From NCBI GenBank assembly GCA_977017575.1, contig CDRNVI010000069.1:186001-250000 (forward strand): a DNA stretch of 64,000 nucleotides, in the 5' to 3' direction. The notes below the pieces were generated by a model. The model was not told the origin of the DNA. It searched no databases and was given only the letters and a program-made list of their open reading frames with translations. This document shows positions 1 through 11,189 of the stretch, piece by piece. The first letter of the stretch is position 1, and each line of letters begins with the position of its first letter. This DNA is from Paramoeba atlantica. Taxonomy: Eukaryota > Protista > Discosea. The position numbers and the translations under genes are program-made.

Positions 1-634
1 CAATAGTTGTATCGCGAAGTGGAAAAATCTCGAACATTTTTGAATAATAAGGTGCCGAATCCCGGTGGCACTAGCAGGAGTAAAGTACGTTTGTAACAGG
101 ACTGAAGCGATTGCGTAACACGTACTTGGCAAGACAAGCGCATGGTAAAAAAGTTTCAACGAAACGGTGAAGAAACACGTGTAAATTTATGCATGAAAGT
201 GATACGTGATGTGTGCATGCATATTCACCCAAAACTCAGCCCTGTTTTAAAACGGTTTTAGACAGTTCTAAAAGTCTTAAAAAATGTTTAAGGTGTATAA
301 GTTTATACACCTTCTTGGCGTTCAGAATTTTGAAATGCACACATTAACATTACTTTTAGTAAATTTTTCAAGGAGTTTTCTTTTCAGAAAAAAATTTAGC
401 ATAAACATTTTTTGATGAATGCAGTCGAAAGCATTCTTTTGATTTATGCGAAGCGTTCTTTTGATTTATGTACACACATACTGTACCCCCGTAGTTAGCA
501 CACACGTCACCCCCCCTAGTTATCTGTGACTTTTTAAAAATAGTAGTTTTAATAATTAAAGTTAAATAGTATAGAGTAAAGCAATTGCAAGAAAAAGAAC
601 TCTTTTTCACGTTTTCTGACCCTTTTGAAAAATC

Positions 635-1278
635 ATGGATCACGCAGAAGGAGAGGAAGATCTAAAAGAGTGTCTCAAGCTTGTTGAACCTGTTCCGGTA
701 TCTCACGGAGATTTGTTTGACATCTTTGCAGCTTCGACGAAACGAGTATACGTGAAGCGCAAAGATGTATTTACTAGACCTTGTTTGACGATCAGTGAGG
801 AAGAATTAAATTCCAAAATTGAGGGCATTACGGATCGTGTGGGGCGATCCTTAGACACTTTTCTGCACGGGAAACGAATCCTGTGTGGCGTGTCCGTGAC
901 GCCAAAAAAGAGCGAAAAGCGCTACACCTCATCGATCGTCGTGGTCATCTTATTCTAGATGAACGTCCTCGAGCCGTGTACTTTCTCGTGGAAGCAGCTC
1001 AGGACCTTGAAAAACATCTTTCAGAGAATCCTCTGTACGCCCCAGTTCGAGCAAGTGAGGTTCAAGACTTCGTTCTGAGCTTTTGGCGCACATACACGGG
1101 AAATCGCTCTCTCGCATGCGCACAATGGCGAAAGAGTCGTTCTAGTGGCGTTGCGGAAAGTGAGTGTGCTCAGCAGGACGAAGACGCTCCCCAATCCTCC
1201 CCAGTAGCTCCATCCCGTAAACGTCGTAATATTGTGTTCCCGTGTGGGATGCTAATCCCCAAGTGGGACGTACTATAA
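635..1278 (+). pseudogene. Unknown ORF pair, probably one frameshifted gene
   Basis: ORFs 635-958 and 883-1278 overlap around the A-runs at ~903-918. No family recognised. Confidence 0.25.
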
Positions 1279-1486
1279 AACGTAGTCGAGTTTTTTTCTG
1301 TAAAACATGATAAAAAACGTTTACAAATGCCCCATTTATAAATATATTTTCGCAGGATTACGTTGAGATGTACTTTTAATGTGAAGACATTACAACCTAT
1401 CATGTAAGCAAGTAAACATAATGTTGGATAAACACGTACATTTCAAATAATCCTAGCCGTAAATTTCAAAGCAAAATTATCGCACT

Positions 1487-2257
1487 ATGACTGATCTGCC
1501 CTCTCTGCTTTCGCTCTCTCGCCTCGGAAAGTTCGTAGCTGAGTGTAAGGCCGGGGACATAATAGCGGTGGCCTGGTCCTCAGATAAGGTTCCCCGCGGA
1601 GAATTGTGGAAAGGGACAGTGAAAACGGTCGGAGACGAGAAGACTACCATGTCCGTAGATTATGGGAAATTCGGAGATCTCGCTTTCCCCCTACCAACGC
1701 AAGTGTCCACGCTGTTGACAAGCTTCCCGGAGATTCGTACTCCGCTGCGATGGAGAGAGTGGGAGGGCGCGAGACGGGCACATTTGAACCGTTGGAACTG
1801 ACGACCTATGGGATGTTCCTTGATTGCCCCCCCCGAAGCGCGTGATCGAAGTTTTGTGGAGCTAGATTTGCATCTGCGCCGCTATTTTGGTATCGGTGCA
1901 GCGGAACGGAATGCCCCGCGGTTCCATCAAGACGAACATAGAAAAAATGATCTCCTACTGGCTTTCCTCGCGTGGTCGCGAAATTCTATGAAAATGGGGA
2001 TAATGTGGAAATCGGATTCGAATCTCGCTGTTGGGGATAATATACTGGCAGCTCTCATGGCCTACAAGATACGTGCTCAACGAGGAGATTGCAGAGTGTT
2101 TGCGCAGGCCCTGGAGGAAGCGAAACTCACAGGCGGACTACGCGGTCACTTGGTGGCTGCCATGACAAAAGCAATGGCGAAAAAATCGGACCCAAAAAAC
2201 GACAGCTCAGGGCGACCCGCCGGCCCGAGTTACAAACCGCGCGAAAAGAAATTCTGA
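1487..2257 (+). pseudogene. Frameshifted ORF with N-terminal SH3/Tudor-like beta-barrel, possibly a retroelement ORF1/gag-like remnant
   Basis: Three overlapping frames (1487-1801, 1606-1845, 1808-2257). N-terminal pattern IAVAW..LWKGTVKTV..MSVDYGKFGDLAFP. It abuts a CRE RT fragment at 2258. Confidence 0.3.
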
Positions 2258-2600
2258 CTAGAGGATTTCTCGAGGGGGACTATACAATATACGATACCTC
2301 AGTTTACCCCTCAATAAGGTGGCTACCCGCCACTCGGACTTGTACTCGGTCTTCTCGGGGAGCCGGATGCAACATGCTCCGGGGGGTTAAAACTTCTGGG
2401 GGCGTATATAGGCGCCACGGAAGTAGTTGAAGAGGAATGGGTCCTCTCTAAGGTCCCTAAAGTCACAAATTTCTTGAGTAAACTGAAGGACTTGCCCAGA
2501 CAGTGTGCCTTCCTCTTCTACGCCTATGAGGGAGCCCCCGGTGGAACTACATAGTTCGTACGCATGAACCGGAGGCAGACCGAACGCCTCAAAAGGCGCA
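2258..2600 (+). mobile_element. Decayed internal fragment of the CRE-clade retrotransposon (RT thumb region)
   Basis: Across frameshifts it translates to KVATRHSDLYSVFSGSRMQHAPGG-KLLGAYIGATEVVEEEWVLSKVPKV..KLKDLPRQCA-LLRL*GSPRWNYIVRTHEP. This is collinear with the 34609-36864 protein (KVATRRDDLYSAF..KLLGAYIGASESVEEEWVLSKAPKV). Confidence 0.85.
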
Positions 2601-2650
2601 CTCACGAAGAAATGGCGGGGGCCAGGGAGATGAAAAAAAAAGCGCTAACA

Positions 2651-3284
2651 CGCGAGCATTTCCCCACGCTTACTCCTTACGTCGAATGGTGCTACACATC
2701 GGAAAGTAAGCTTACCTTTTGGAACACGCGTCATTAAATCTCGTGAGGGTGTCCAGCAAGGATCTCGTGAGGGTGTCCACCCATTGGGCCCTCTTCTTTT
2801 CTCGTTGGTCATGAGGGAAGTCGCCTCAGTAATTCACGCAGCAGCCGCCAAATTAGACCTAAACCTCTGGTACCTGGATGATGGCATTTTGGCTGGCACT
2901 TCCTGTGATGTGCGACACGCGTTCGACGTTATCGAAAAGAAGGGTCCACAATGGGGCCTACACCTCAACGCTGCCAAATGTGAGATTATTACCCACCCAG
3001 CATCTTCTCATCGTTCTTCTGTTTTTCCCGATCTCCCTGGCCCTAACAAAAACCTCGAAGGCAATTTTTACTTTCTCGGAATCCCCGTTGGATCGCCAGA
3101 GTTTTGCCGTGAATATCTCGTCAACAAAGCGGTCGAAATGGCAGAAGATTCTCTGGACGCTATAACGCACCTCAAAGACCCCCAGGTTGCCTTATCCCTC
3201 ATTCGTCACTGCATTGGCTTCTGCCAGATGTTTACTCCCTACGAACAACCCCAACATCTGAACTTCGGGATCTCTGTCGGCGCG
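2651..3284 (+). mobile_element. Reverse transcriptase fragment of a second non-LTR (CRE-like) family, pseudogenised
   Basis: EHFPTLTPYVEWCY..SREGVQQG..PLGPLLFSL..LWYLDDGILAG..GLHLNAAKCE. An 18-nt duplication (atctcgtgagggtgtcca x2, ~2738-2779) breaks the QGDP motif. There is a frameshift before YSLRTTP. Confidence 0.85.
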
Positions 3285-3436
3285 GTAGACATAGCTGTAA
3301 AATTATTAATATTTTTTTTGTTGAATAATAATTATTATTAAGAATTATTAATAGGGTCTTAGTAGGCAGATAGGGCATAAAAATACGATCGTCAGAATAG
3401 TTTACTCCCTCACATCCTTCTTTCTAATTCCGCTTC

Positions 3437-3709
3437 ATGCCAAGGAAGAATCCTGAAGGGGATCAACTCAGAAAACTTCGGTTCTTGAGAGACCCCAGAA
3501 ATGACGTTTTCTGGCTATGTATAAAGTGCAAGAATGAAGGCCAACTTTTTGGACACAAGCGCATAAAAATATCTGCGGAGAACTCCCACTCGGTCCTCAT
3601 TGAACACGTGAAGTCTGCCCACAGTAACTCGAGAGAAATTATCACCACCGATGCGCATCTGCAAGAGATTGAGACATTCCGGGTAAACGTGGCGCAAACA
3701 CATGTATGA
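3437..3709 (+). CDS. Small BED-type zinc-finger-like ORF, possibly a transposase N-terminal remnant
   Basis: W-L-C-x2-C ... S-x2-L-x2-H-x4-H (FWLCIKC..SHSVLIEHVKSAH). Confidence 0.4.
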   Translation: MPRKNPEGDQLRKLRFLRDPRNDVFWLCIKCKNEGQLFGHKRIKISAENSHSVLIEHVKSAHSNSREIITTDAHLQEIETFRVNVAQTHV

Positions 3710-3798
3710 CTTAATGCTGGCTACAGTTTGAGTACAGGTGTCCCAATATTTTTTAATAAAAGCAGTCGAAATGTATCCTAAAAAAATAGATACTGGCC

Positions 3799-3851
3799 CC
3801 CCCCGTTTAAGCGCACCTCGTTTTCCGTGAAAAGTGCGCTTAAACGGGGGG
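3799..3851. repeat. Perfect 18-bp inverted repeat (hairpin)
   Basis: ccccccgtttaagcgcac - 17 nt - gtgcgcttaaacgggggg. Confidence 0.85.
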
Positions 3852-4811
3852 TTTAAATCAGTACATAAAAAATACTTTTTGCTTGAAGGGACCTAAGGGG
3901 GTTAACATATCACTTTCTCGTTCAAAATTCTGAGAGCTGCACGTTCCCTTCATTTTTAGATGATTTAAAAAAAGAATACAAAAAATTATTTTTTGCATCT
4001 TCATACCATACAATTTTGAGCAAACAAACACTCCGCGGCCAGGGGGCACAAGTGGATCAATATTAATAAAGAGCGGCAAAGCTATTTTCTAGGATGACGA
4101 GATCTCTCGTTTGCAACGAAAATCAGAAACAACAGATAAAAATAATTGAATTTCTCATGGGAGGAGAGGATTTGATTGCTTGAAATGTGAGAAATTGGTC
4201 TCTTGAAAAATGTGAAGAAAGTGATACTCCGTCTATTGGATGCAGGCATTTGAGAGTTTTGTTTCCATGCTTTAACGCGCAAGGTCCTTGTGCTAGGATC
4301 TGCGAAATGCAACAAAAATGAGCTCAAACGGACACTTGGCTGAAAAGTTAGACGGGGGTGACTTTTCGCTGTGGGGGGTTATAAATTAGAACAAAAAAGA
4401 AAATTTATAGTTATATTTATAGAAATTATTAACAGGGTTCGAATTAACGAGAATGGTTACGCAAAAAGTCCTGATTAATGATTCTGCCTGATGGAAAAAC
4501 GCTATAATTCTGCGATAAGCTACCTCGGAACGTGAGATCCAAGGCCCTTGTCGGAAGTGAGGGTCAAATATTTCTGCGGTGTTCTCCCCTCTATCCTAGC
4601 TTTTCCTGTTTTTTTCTTCAAAAACATAATTTTTTTTCTGAAAAATTAGGAATGGCATTTATAGAAATTAATGAGGAGTATTAAAAGTGAGAAGAGGGCT
4701 CGTTTTACAAGGTTACCAGTGAACATCCCAGCCTCCCTCGGAAAATTTATAGAAAATTCATGTGGAAAATCGTTTAATAGTTTTTTAATGGCAAACAGGT
4801 GGGGTAGTATG

Positions 4812-5396
4812 CTAAAAGTCCAATCGAATCGTTTCCCCCAATATTTGACTTAGTTCATCATTTAGTCTTTTCAAAAGGCTGTGCCCGTTGCGGCTGCAAG
4901 CAGTACAAATTTTTTCATTGTTTTCTTGTTCTATATTGTAGTGAAAAGGACCGCTAAGAGGAGAAGACAACCAAAGCTGTCGATTTGGAGCCTGCTTGTT
5001 TAGCACGTATTTCCCTCTTGAGGTGTCAATGGAAAGGACTCCGCCCTCAAGGTTAACTTCCGTAATTTCATCAGGATAACGTTCCGACAACTCTTCTAAC
5101 TGCTCAGAAATCGCTTCAAGCACTTTCTCCACAGCTGCGTTGTACGCAACATCTGTGTATGCTGACATCCCGACGTCTCCGGTGGATGATGCAGAATTTA
5201 AAAATGGCGTTCTCGAGTAGTATCGCGCGAGTAAAAAAAATTGTGGTCCCACTACTCTCGCTAACGGACTAAATGGATGCAAATTAAATTTGTAAGGTGT
5301 CGATGAAGTGTAAGGTGTCGAAGTTGAAAATACTGTGCATTGACTCCAGCAAATATTTTTACGCGTTACATTCCGATACCTACTCAGGCGATGCAT
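4812..5396 (-). CDS. FXN: Frataxin (CyaY family), mitochondrial
   Basis: EGGVLSIDTSRGKYVLNKQAPNRQLWLSSPLSGPFHY signature. First in-frame ATG at 5396; true start uncertain. Confidence 0.95.
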   Translation of the reverse strand: MHRLSRYRNVTRKNICWSQCTVFSTSTPYTSSTPYKFNLHPFSPLARVVGPQFFLLARYYSRTPFLNSASSTGDVGMSAYTDVAYNAAVEKVLEAISEQLEELSERYPDEITEVNLEGGVLSIDTSRGKYVLNKQAPNRQLWLSSPLSGPFHYNIEQENNEKICTACSRNGHSLLKRLNDELSQILGETIRLDF

Positions 5397-5672
5397 ATAA
5401 AATACAGTAGTATATATCTGCAAGTGTAAATACAACTATTCTAATTTTTGCTAGGTAACCTACGGTTTATGTCAGCGAACTTAAAAGAGGGGCTGTGAGA
5501 GAGTCAAAACAACCATAAGATCGCACCGTCCTATTTGATAAATTATTTAGACTAATACGATGTATTTAGTTTAGGCCATTACAATGAAGAATTCATACAG
5601 AACACAATTTCCCGTAAGTTCACTCTACAGTTGTAGACGCAAAACGCTGTGTAAAAGTGAAATTGTATGTGC

Positions 5673-8663
5673 TCATTTGCAGCTCCTAAAAAACTTGCCC
5701 GCATATTCCGTCGCCTTTTCTCTGACACTTTGTGCATCACCCTGGAATCCTCCCTGGGCGCAGCTCTCCTTACCCCCGCCTTTCCCAACGGAAGCCTTTA
5801 CCCAAGCGACAGCCGAAGCCTCTGATGATGTCACCTCGCCACCTGAACTTTGCCCTGTAGAATACCCCGGACGTACTTGAGTCACCACAAGGCCGCATTT
5901 TTTGCTGAAATCATACCCCACAGCGAATACGCCACACAAACGAGAATTCGAGGAGAGAAGTACGCTGGTGGCACGTTGCACCAAATCTCTTGAGGGAGGG
6001 AGCTCCGTGCAAGGCCCCAAAATTGTCCATTGGGTGTCTGACGAAAGCGATGTTGCATGTCGCTGTGCCAGTTCCTCTACTATCACGAGTCGCGCAGCCT
6101 CATGCTTACGTTTCAATCCGTTCGCGAGGTTAATTTGCGCATCCATACCTTCACGTAGTTTGTGCTTCACCAGTAACGGAGAAGTAGAGGCATTCACCGT
6201 GTCTCTTAGTTTGCTCAACGCCTTGACGGTGTCGTCCAGCTCCCCTGTAGAAATCCTTGTAATGTCATCGGCAAGACATTGGAGATGGGCGCTCCTCTCC
6301 CGTAGTTCGTCCTCGAACCGGACGCCAAGTGCAATGGACTCCACCGCCTGATCGCCACTGACGGCGACGATCCGGCGGATTCCTCGCATCAACGCGTCCT
6401 CGGAGAGAAGTACGAAGCTCCCTACCTCGCTGAGCGAGCGGAGATGGGTGCCGCCGCAGAGCTCAATGCTATACGGAAGAAGATAATCTGCGTCGCTGAC
6501 GTGCTCCAGAACCTCCTCCACGGGGATTCCAATGGTTACTACCTTCACGATATCGCCGTATTTCTCGTCAAAAGCACTTCGGAGGGAGGGTATACCCTGG
6601 GCCACGGCCAGGGGGAGTTCTCTGGTATGTACCCTTAGGTCTTGCGCCACGGACGAACACAGCCGGTTCTCCACTTCGCGCAGCTCCTCGAGCTCGAGTT
6701 TCCTGCCCCAGGAGAAGTCAAAGCGGAGAGCGTCTTCGCCGACGTAGCTCCCACGCTGGTGCACTTCCCCAGACTCCGGATGTTGCAGCTGGAGCACTGC
6801 GCGTAGCGCGTGGTTAAGTTGGTGCGTCATTGTGTGGTTGGCTGCGACCCGGTGTCGACGAACTAAATCCACCTCCGTTGTGATGGTCTCCCCCACAGTA
6901 AGCGAACCGCTGTCAGAGGACGAGAAACCCCCGACGTGACATACATATCCACCCTGGTTGGACACTTTGGTTACGACAAACCCAGGCGTGAGGGTTCCGG
7001 TGTCGTAGATCTGCCCCCCTGCCTCGGCGTAGAAATTGGTGCGGTCCAGTAACACGGCAAACTCTTCTGTGGAGCCCGTGATGTGCTGGACGAGTGTTCG
7101 GGACGATGTGGAGACAATCGCAACGACAGTCGCCTCCAGGCTTCGCCCCCAGTCATACTTTGCCTCGTCCTTCGTTGCCGGAACGCCTTCTCGCCGGAGG
7201 GTATCCAGTGTGGTGGGGTCCAGCACCGCGAATCCCGCCTTTGCTTTCTCCCCGGCTTCTTTTTTGTGCCGTTCCATAGCGTGATAAAACCCGCTCTCAT
7301 CGAGCGACAGTCCCCGGGCATCGGCCATAAGTTTGGTGAGGTCCATAGGAAACCCGTACCGGTCATGCAGAATAAACGCCTCCACCCCCGGGACTACCCC
7401 CGTGTCGACACATCGCTGTGCGAGAGCATCAAAATGCCTCATCCCGGTTGTGTAGGTTCGCGCAAACGCGGTCTCCTCCTCCCTCAACACTGCGGCAACT
7501 TTGGCCAACGTTTTTCCACAGTTCAGCTCGGGGAACGCCGGCCCCAGGGTTTTCTGCACCCCTGCGACGAGCTCGGAGAGAAACCCCTCCCGGGCCCCGA
7601 GGAACTCATGCCCGAATCGTATGGCACGGCGCACAATACGACGCAGGACGAACCCGCGACCGCAGTTATCTGGCAGAGCCCCATCGGTGATCGCGCAGGT
7701 GAGCGTACGGATGTGATCCGCGACGACGCGATAGGCCATCGCGTGTTCCGCTTTCTCTGTGTTGGATAGATTGATATTCTCGGCGTCCTCGGTGGTACAC
7801 AGGACTTTGTAGGGGTGGGGGTAAGCCGTGACATGTTGGATATGCTCAAACAGCGGCGTCCAGAGATCGGTGTCGTAGTTACTGGGGACATGCTGCAGCA
7901 CCGAGAGCAGACGCTCCAGGCCCATGCCGGTGTCGACGTGGGTGGTGGGGAGTGGGGTGATGGCACCTCCCGGGAGGCGTTCGTACTGCATAAAGACCAG
8001 ATTCCAGAGCTCAATAACGTTCGGGTCGTCTTGGTTGACCAGATCTGAGGCGTCACGATCGCCGAGACGGTCATAGTGGATTTCTGTACAGGGACCACAG
8101 GGTCCGGTCTCACCCATCTCCCAAAAGTTATCTTTAAGGTTTCCAGGGAGGATACGTTCCGGAGGGAAATACATTTCCCAGGCCTCTTTTGTTTCCACAT
8201 CGCATGGCAGCCCCTCGGACTGGCATCCCTCAAAGTACGTCACGTAGAGTCGATCAGGGGGAATATCATAGACTTGGGTGAGCAGGAGCCAGGCTCGGTG
8301 GATAGCCTCGCGCTTGAAATACGTGGAGTCCCCGAAGGACCAGTTTCCGAGCATCTCGAAAAAGGTATGGTGATAAGTGTCACGGCCGACGTCCTCCAAG
8401 TCATTGTGTTTGCCACCCGCTCGGATGCATTTCTGGCTGTTCGTCGCGCGTCGGAGTTTTCCAAACTCCGTGTTCGGGTCGGCGGCTCCCAGGAAGATAC
8501 TTTTAAATTGATTCATACCAGCGTTAGTGAAGAGAAGTGTCTTGTCGCTCTCTGGTACTACTCTAGAGGAGGGCACAAAGCGATGATCACACTGGTTAAC
8601 GAAATAATCAATGAACGCGCGGCGTGTTTTCTCCGCGGGCCATTTAAGTTTTGATTCACTCAT
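5673..8663 (-). CDS. AARS: Alanyl-tRNA synthetase
   Basis: LLFTNAGMNQFK, HHTFFEMLGNWSFG, DNFWEMGETGPCGPC, DTGMGLER, NHTMTHQLNHAL and ELCGGTH motifs. ATG at 8663; the frame is open to a TTG at 8741. Confidence 0.98.
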   Translation of the reverse strand: MSESKLKWPAEKTRRAFIDYFVNQCDHRFVPSSRVVPESDKTLLFTNAGMNQFKSIFLGAADPNTEFGKLRRATNSQKCIRAGGKHNDLEDVGRDTYHHTFFEMLGNWSFGDSTYFKREAIHRAWLLLTQVYDIPPDRLYVTYFEGCQSEGLPCDVETKEAWEMYFPPERILPGNLKDNFWEMGETGPCGPCTEIHYDRLGDRDASDLVNQDDPNVIELWNLVFMQYERLPGGAITPLPTTHVDTGMGLERLLSVLQHVPSNYDTDLWTPLFEHIQHVTAYPHPYKVLCTTEDAENINLSNTEKAEHAMAYRVVADHIRTLTCAITDGALPDNCGRGFVLRRIVRRAIRFGHEFLGAREGFLSELVAGVQKTLGPAFPELNCGKTLAKVAAVLREEETAFARTYTTGMRHFDALAQRCVDTGVVPGVEAFILHDRYGFPMDLTKLMADARGLSLDESGFYHAMERHKKEAGEKAKAGFAVLDPTTLDTLRREGVPATKDEAKYDWGRSLEATVVAIVSTSSRTLVQHITGSTEEFAVLLDRTNFYAEAGGQIYDTGTLTPGFVVTKVSNQGGYVCHVGGFSSSDSGSLTVGETITTEVDLVRRHRVAANHTMTHQLNHALRAVLQLQHPESGEVHQRGSYVGEDALRFDFSWGRKLELEELREVENRLCSSVAQDLRVHTRELPLAVAQGIPSLRSAFDEKYGDIVKVVTIGIPVEEVLEHVSDADYLLPYSIELCGGTHLRSLSEVGSFVLLSEDALMRGIRRIVAVSGDQAVESIALGVRFEDELRERSAHLQCLADDITRISTGELDDTVKALSKLRDTVNASTSPLLVKHKLREGMDAQINLANGLKRKHEAARLVIVEELAQRHATSLSSDTQWTILGPCTELPPSRDLVQRATSVLLSSNSRLCGVFAVGYDFSKKCGLVVTQVRPGYSTGQSSGGEVTSSEASAVAWVKASVGKGGGKESCAQGGFQGDAQSVREKATEYAGKFFRSCK

Positions 8664-8671
8664 GTGGGTAA

Positions 8672-8750
8672 CTACCGAAGCGCGGGTAAACGTTCGGTAC
8701 AACGAATTTAGGTTAGATGACGAAAAACAAAGAAAAGTCAAAGAAAAAAG
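8672..8750 (-). promoter_or_regulatory. Probable trans-splice acceptor of AlaRS (polypyrimidine tract + AG)
   Basis: Minus-strand pyrimidine tract at ~8722-8750 and AG at 8673-8672, 8 nt before the ATG. Confidence 0.55.
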
Positions 8751-8962
8751 TTGAAGTGTAAACCGAAGTTGCTTTCATACTGTGTGTAAGAACTATCAAT
8801 TGTGGCTTCATTTTGCCATGGACTCCATATTAAATATGGATAAATATTATTTGTACCAAATACTATTTACTACGAAATACGCCTAAAAAATTGTGCTGGA
8901 TTCAAAAAACCTGTAATTCAAGAAAGTCTGACTTTTTGAATTACAGTAAAACTTTCAAAGTC

Positions 8963-10912
8963 TTACAAAAGTAAATCCTTCAAAGCACATGGAGTAAAAC
9001 CAGAGCGTTTATCATGCACATCTCGCACATGAACACTGTGGCGTATAATGCACACCTCCTTTGTGGTTCCCCAAAAGTAAGTGGTCTTGTCGTACACGGA
9101 TTTGGGTACTTGAGAAAAGGGAATGCCATAGCCCAATGCCAGCATCCGCAAGCACTGCACTATTCGACCTGAGACCAACGCATTGTAAAAGCTTATCGAA
9201 CAAAGTTCCTCGGAAGAAGTATCCGCGGAAGGCGTTTTCATGGACGATTTCGCATTGTCCTCGCAAAGATCACGAATACGGCTGCTAATTTGAGTGAGCG
9301 CATCCTTACTTACTGTACTTTCAAACTTCTCATCCGTAGATGAGGCAAGAGTTTTCTCACGCGCTCGTTTCTGAAATTCGTGTATGACACTGCGTACTGT
9401 TTGAGTTACGATTGGATCCAAGCAGAATTCGTCATTCTGGCAAAATGCTTTTGCAATTTCGGAAAAAAGTGTCCAGAGAATTTTCACATTCGGAAAAGAC
9501 ATTTCGCGTATGAGCACATAGTAAACTGGAAGGAAAACAGATTTCAGATGTAGTATTCGTGTGTTCCGAGGCAGGAAACTGAGGAACTCGACGTAATTCA
9601 GCGCGAGAATATCAAAATTAGAGGACATAGATCCGATCTCCGACTGTAAGACACTGATAAACCATTCTGGATTCTGACTTTGTGTAATAAGACGCTGCAG
9701 CAGCGAGCTTGAAAATTTATAAAGAATGCTACAGGATGCTGGAGCTATATCCTCACCGGAGGAGTCATTGTTGCTGTCGAGGTCATTTTCGATTTGTAGT
9801 TCGGAGAGCTTGGTAAGGGCATTCGGACAGAGGAAGTTCCTTATTGACAAGTATTTCCAGGAAGAATTGTTGAAAACTTTAGGGTGAGATAAAGAGTGGC
9901 ATAAAAAGTCGTACATTTTTTCAGTTATACCGCTGCGGTGCAATTGTTCACAAGTGTCCCCGCTATATGCCAACCAAGGAATTATCATGTGTGCAAGAGA
10001 AAGAGGAGGATATATTGGCAATAAGTCGCACAAATTCGTCGCTTCGGATCTCTCCTTCACTTTTTGATAAATTCTCCACAACTCTGGAATTATGACATGT
10101 TGAAACAGTGCCTGGACATGCCCTCTTGTGAGAAGTCTTTCCCAAAGCCGGAGCTCGTTGGCCGCTTGTTCGGCGGAACGAAACCCGTGCAAAGAAACAT
10201 CCTCAGAGTAGAAATTTTTGGATTTACTTTTCTTGGCACACCTCCCACATAGGAACGCATGGAGATCACAATTTTGTGGTTGAAAAAAATTGTGAAGTGC
10301 TTGTCGTAGCCACGGCATAATATGTGAAGCCATTGCACTAGAAATAGAATCCTCGTTGTTGTTCTCTCCCATCAAATTTATAGACGTCGCGAACTCATAT
10401 AGTGCTTGACAAGGTAAGGGCGGGTGAAACAAGCACACGGAACGACCACTGTACTCAACAACAAAGTCAGTTGTCGTGCGGGTGTCTACTATTTTCGCAG
10501 AGCTCGATCGGAGTAAAGCCGGCTTCCAGGAAAGTTCGAGTACACGGGACAAAAGCACGCATGCCACATCGCGATAACTTAATTCCCCACCCGATAGCGG
10601 ATACCTTTCTCTTACTCTGGTGAGAGCTAGGGCTACCGTCCTCAAAATGTTTCCACAGTTTGATTCCACCTCGATCCAATAGGTATCAGACACAGGACGC
10701 GTAGCAAGTTTTCCGAGAGACTGGATGACTTGACCGTAGATGGTGTCTGTCGCGTGCAGCGCGGCCCTTAGGCTGAGTAGCGTTGTAACGTCATGCAACA
10801 CTGCTGATTCCCTATCTTCCCGTAGTAGAAAATCACAAAAACTATCCTGAAGGTCTATTTCTTGGGACTCCCTGTCAGGTTGAATTGCTGCAGGATCTTC
10901 TCGCATCGACAT
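8963..10912 (-). CDS. TFIP11/Ntr1-like (GCFC-domain) spliceosome disassembly factor, no G-patch seen
   Basis: GCFC-like LWERLL..LFQHVIIPEL..HMIIPWL. The C-terminus LRMLALGYGIPFSQVP..YFWG..CIIRHSVHV..FTPCALKDLL resembles the TFIP11 C-terminal domain. Recognised by eye. Confidence 0.55.
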   Translation of the reverse strand: MSMREDPAAIQPDRESQEIDLQDSFCDFLLREDRESAVLHDVTTLLSLRAALHATDTIYGQVIQSLGKLATRPVSDTYWIEVESNCGNILRTVALALTRVRERYPLSGGELSYRDVACVLLSRVLELSWKPALLRSSSAKIVDTRTTTDFVVEYSGRSVCLFHPPLPCQALYEFATSINLMGENNNEDSISSAMASHIMPWLRQALHNFFQPQNCDLHAFLCGRCAKKSKSKNFYSEDVSLHGFRSAEQAANELRLWERLLTRGHVQALFQHVIIPELWRIYQKVKERSEATNLCDLLPIYPPLSLAHMIIPWLAYSGDTCEQLHRSGITEKMYDFLCHSLSHPKVFNNSSWKYLSIRNFLCPNALTKLSELQIENDLDSNNDSSGEDIAPASCSILYKFSSSLLQRLITQSQNPEWFISVLQSEIGSMSSNFDILALNYVEFLSFLPRNTRILHLKSVFLPVYYVLIREMSFPNVKILWTLFSEIAKAFCQNDEFCLDPIVTQTVRSVIHEFQKRAREKTLASSTDEKFESTVSKDALTQISSRIRDLCEDNAKSSMKTPSADTSSEELCSISFYNALVSGRIVQCLRMLALGYGIPFSQVPKSVYDKTTYFWGTTKEVCIIRHSVHVRDVHDKRSGFTPCALKDLLL

Positions 10913-11189
10913 GCAAGTATCAACCCAATGGCTTGCGAGGGTAGCGCATCAAACCATATGCATGTGTTCAAAAGTTAATTGCAAAAAAAACGGACACCGT
11001 AAAAATATTCGAAATATCAGATGACAGAACGTGTGAAAGCTAAAAATAACGAATGCCAGAAAGTACTGTGACTGATTTTATATCTAAGAGCTCAAAAAAG
11101 GCTCCCCAATTAGTGATTTTTCAAGACACGTATCTTCTTGAAACAGGAACCTAACAAGATGAAATCAACCCAATATGGCTTCCCTTCTC

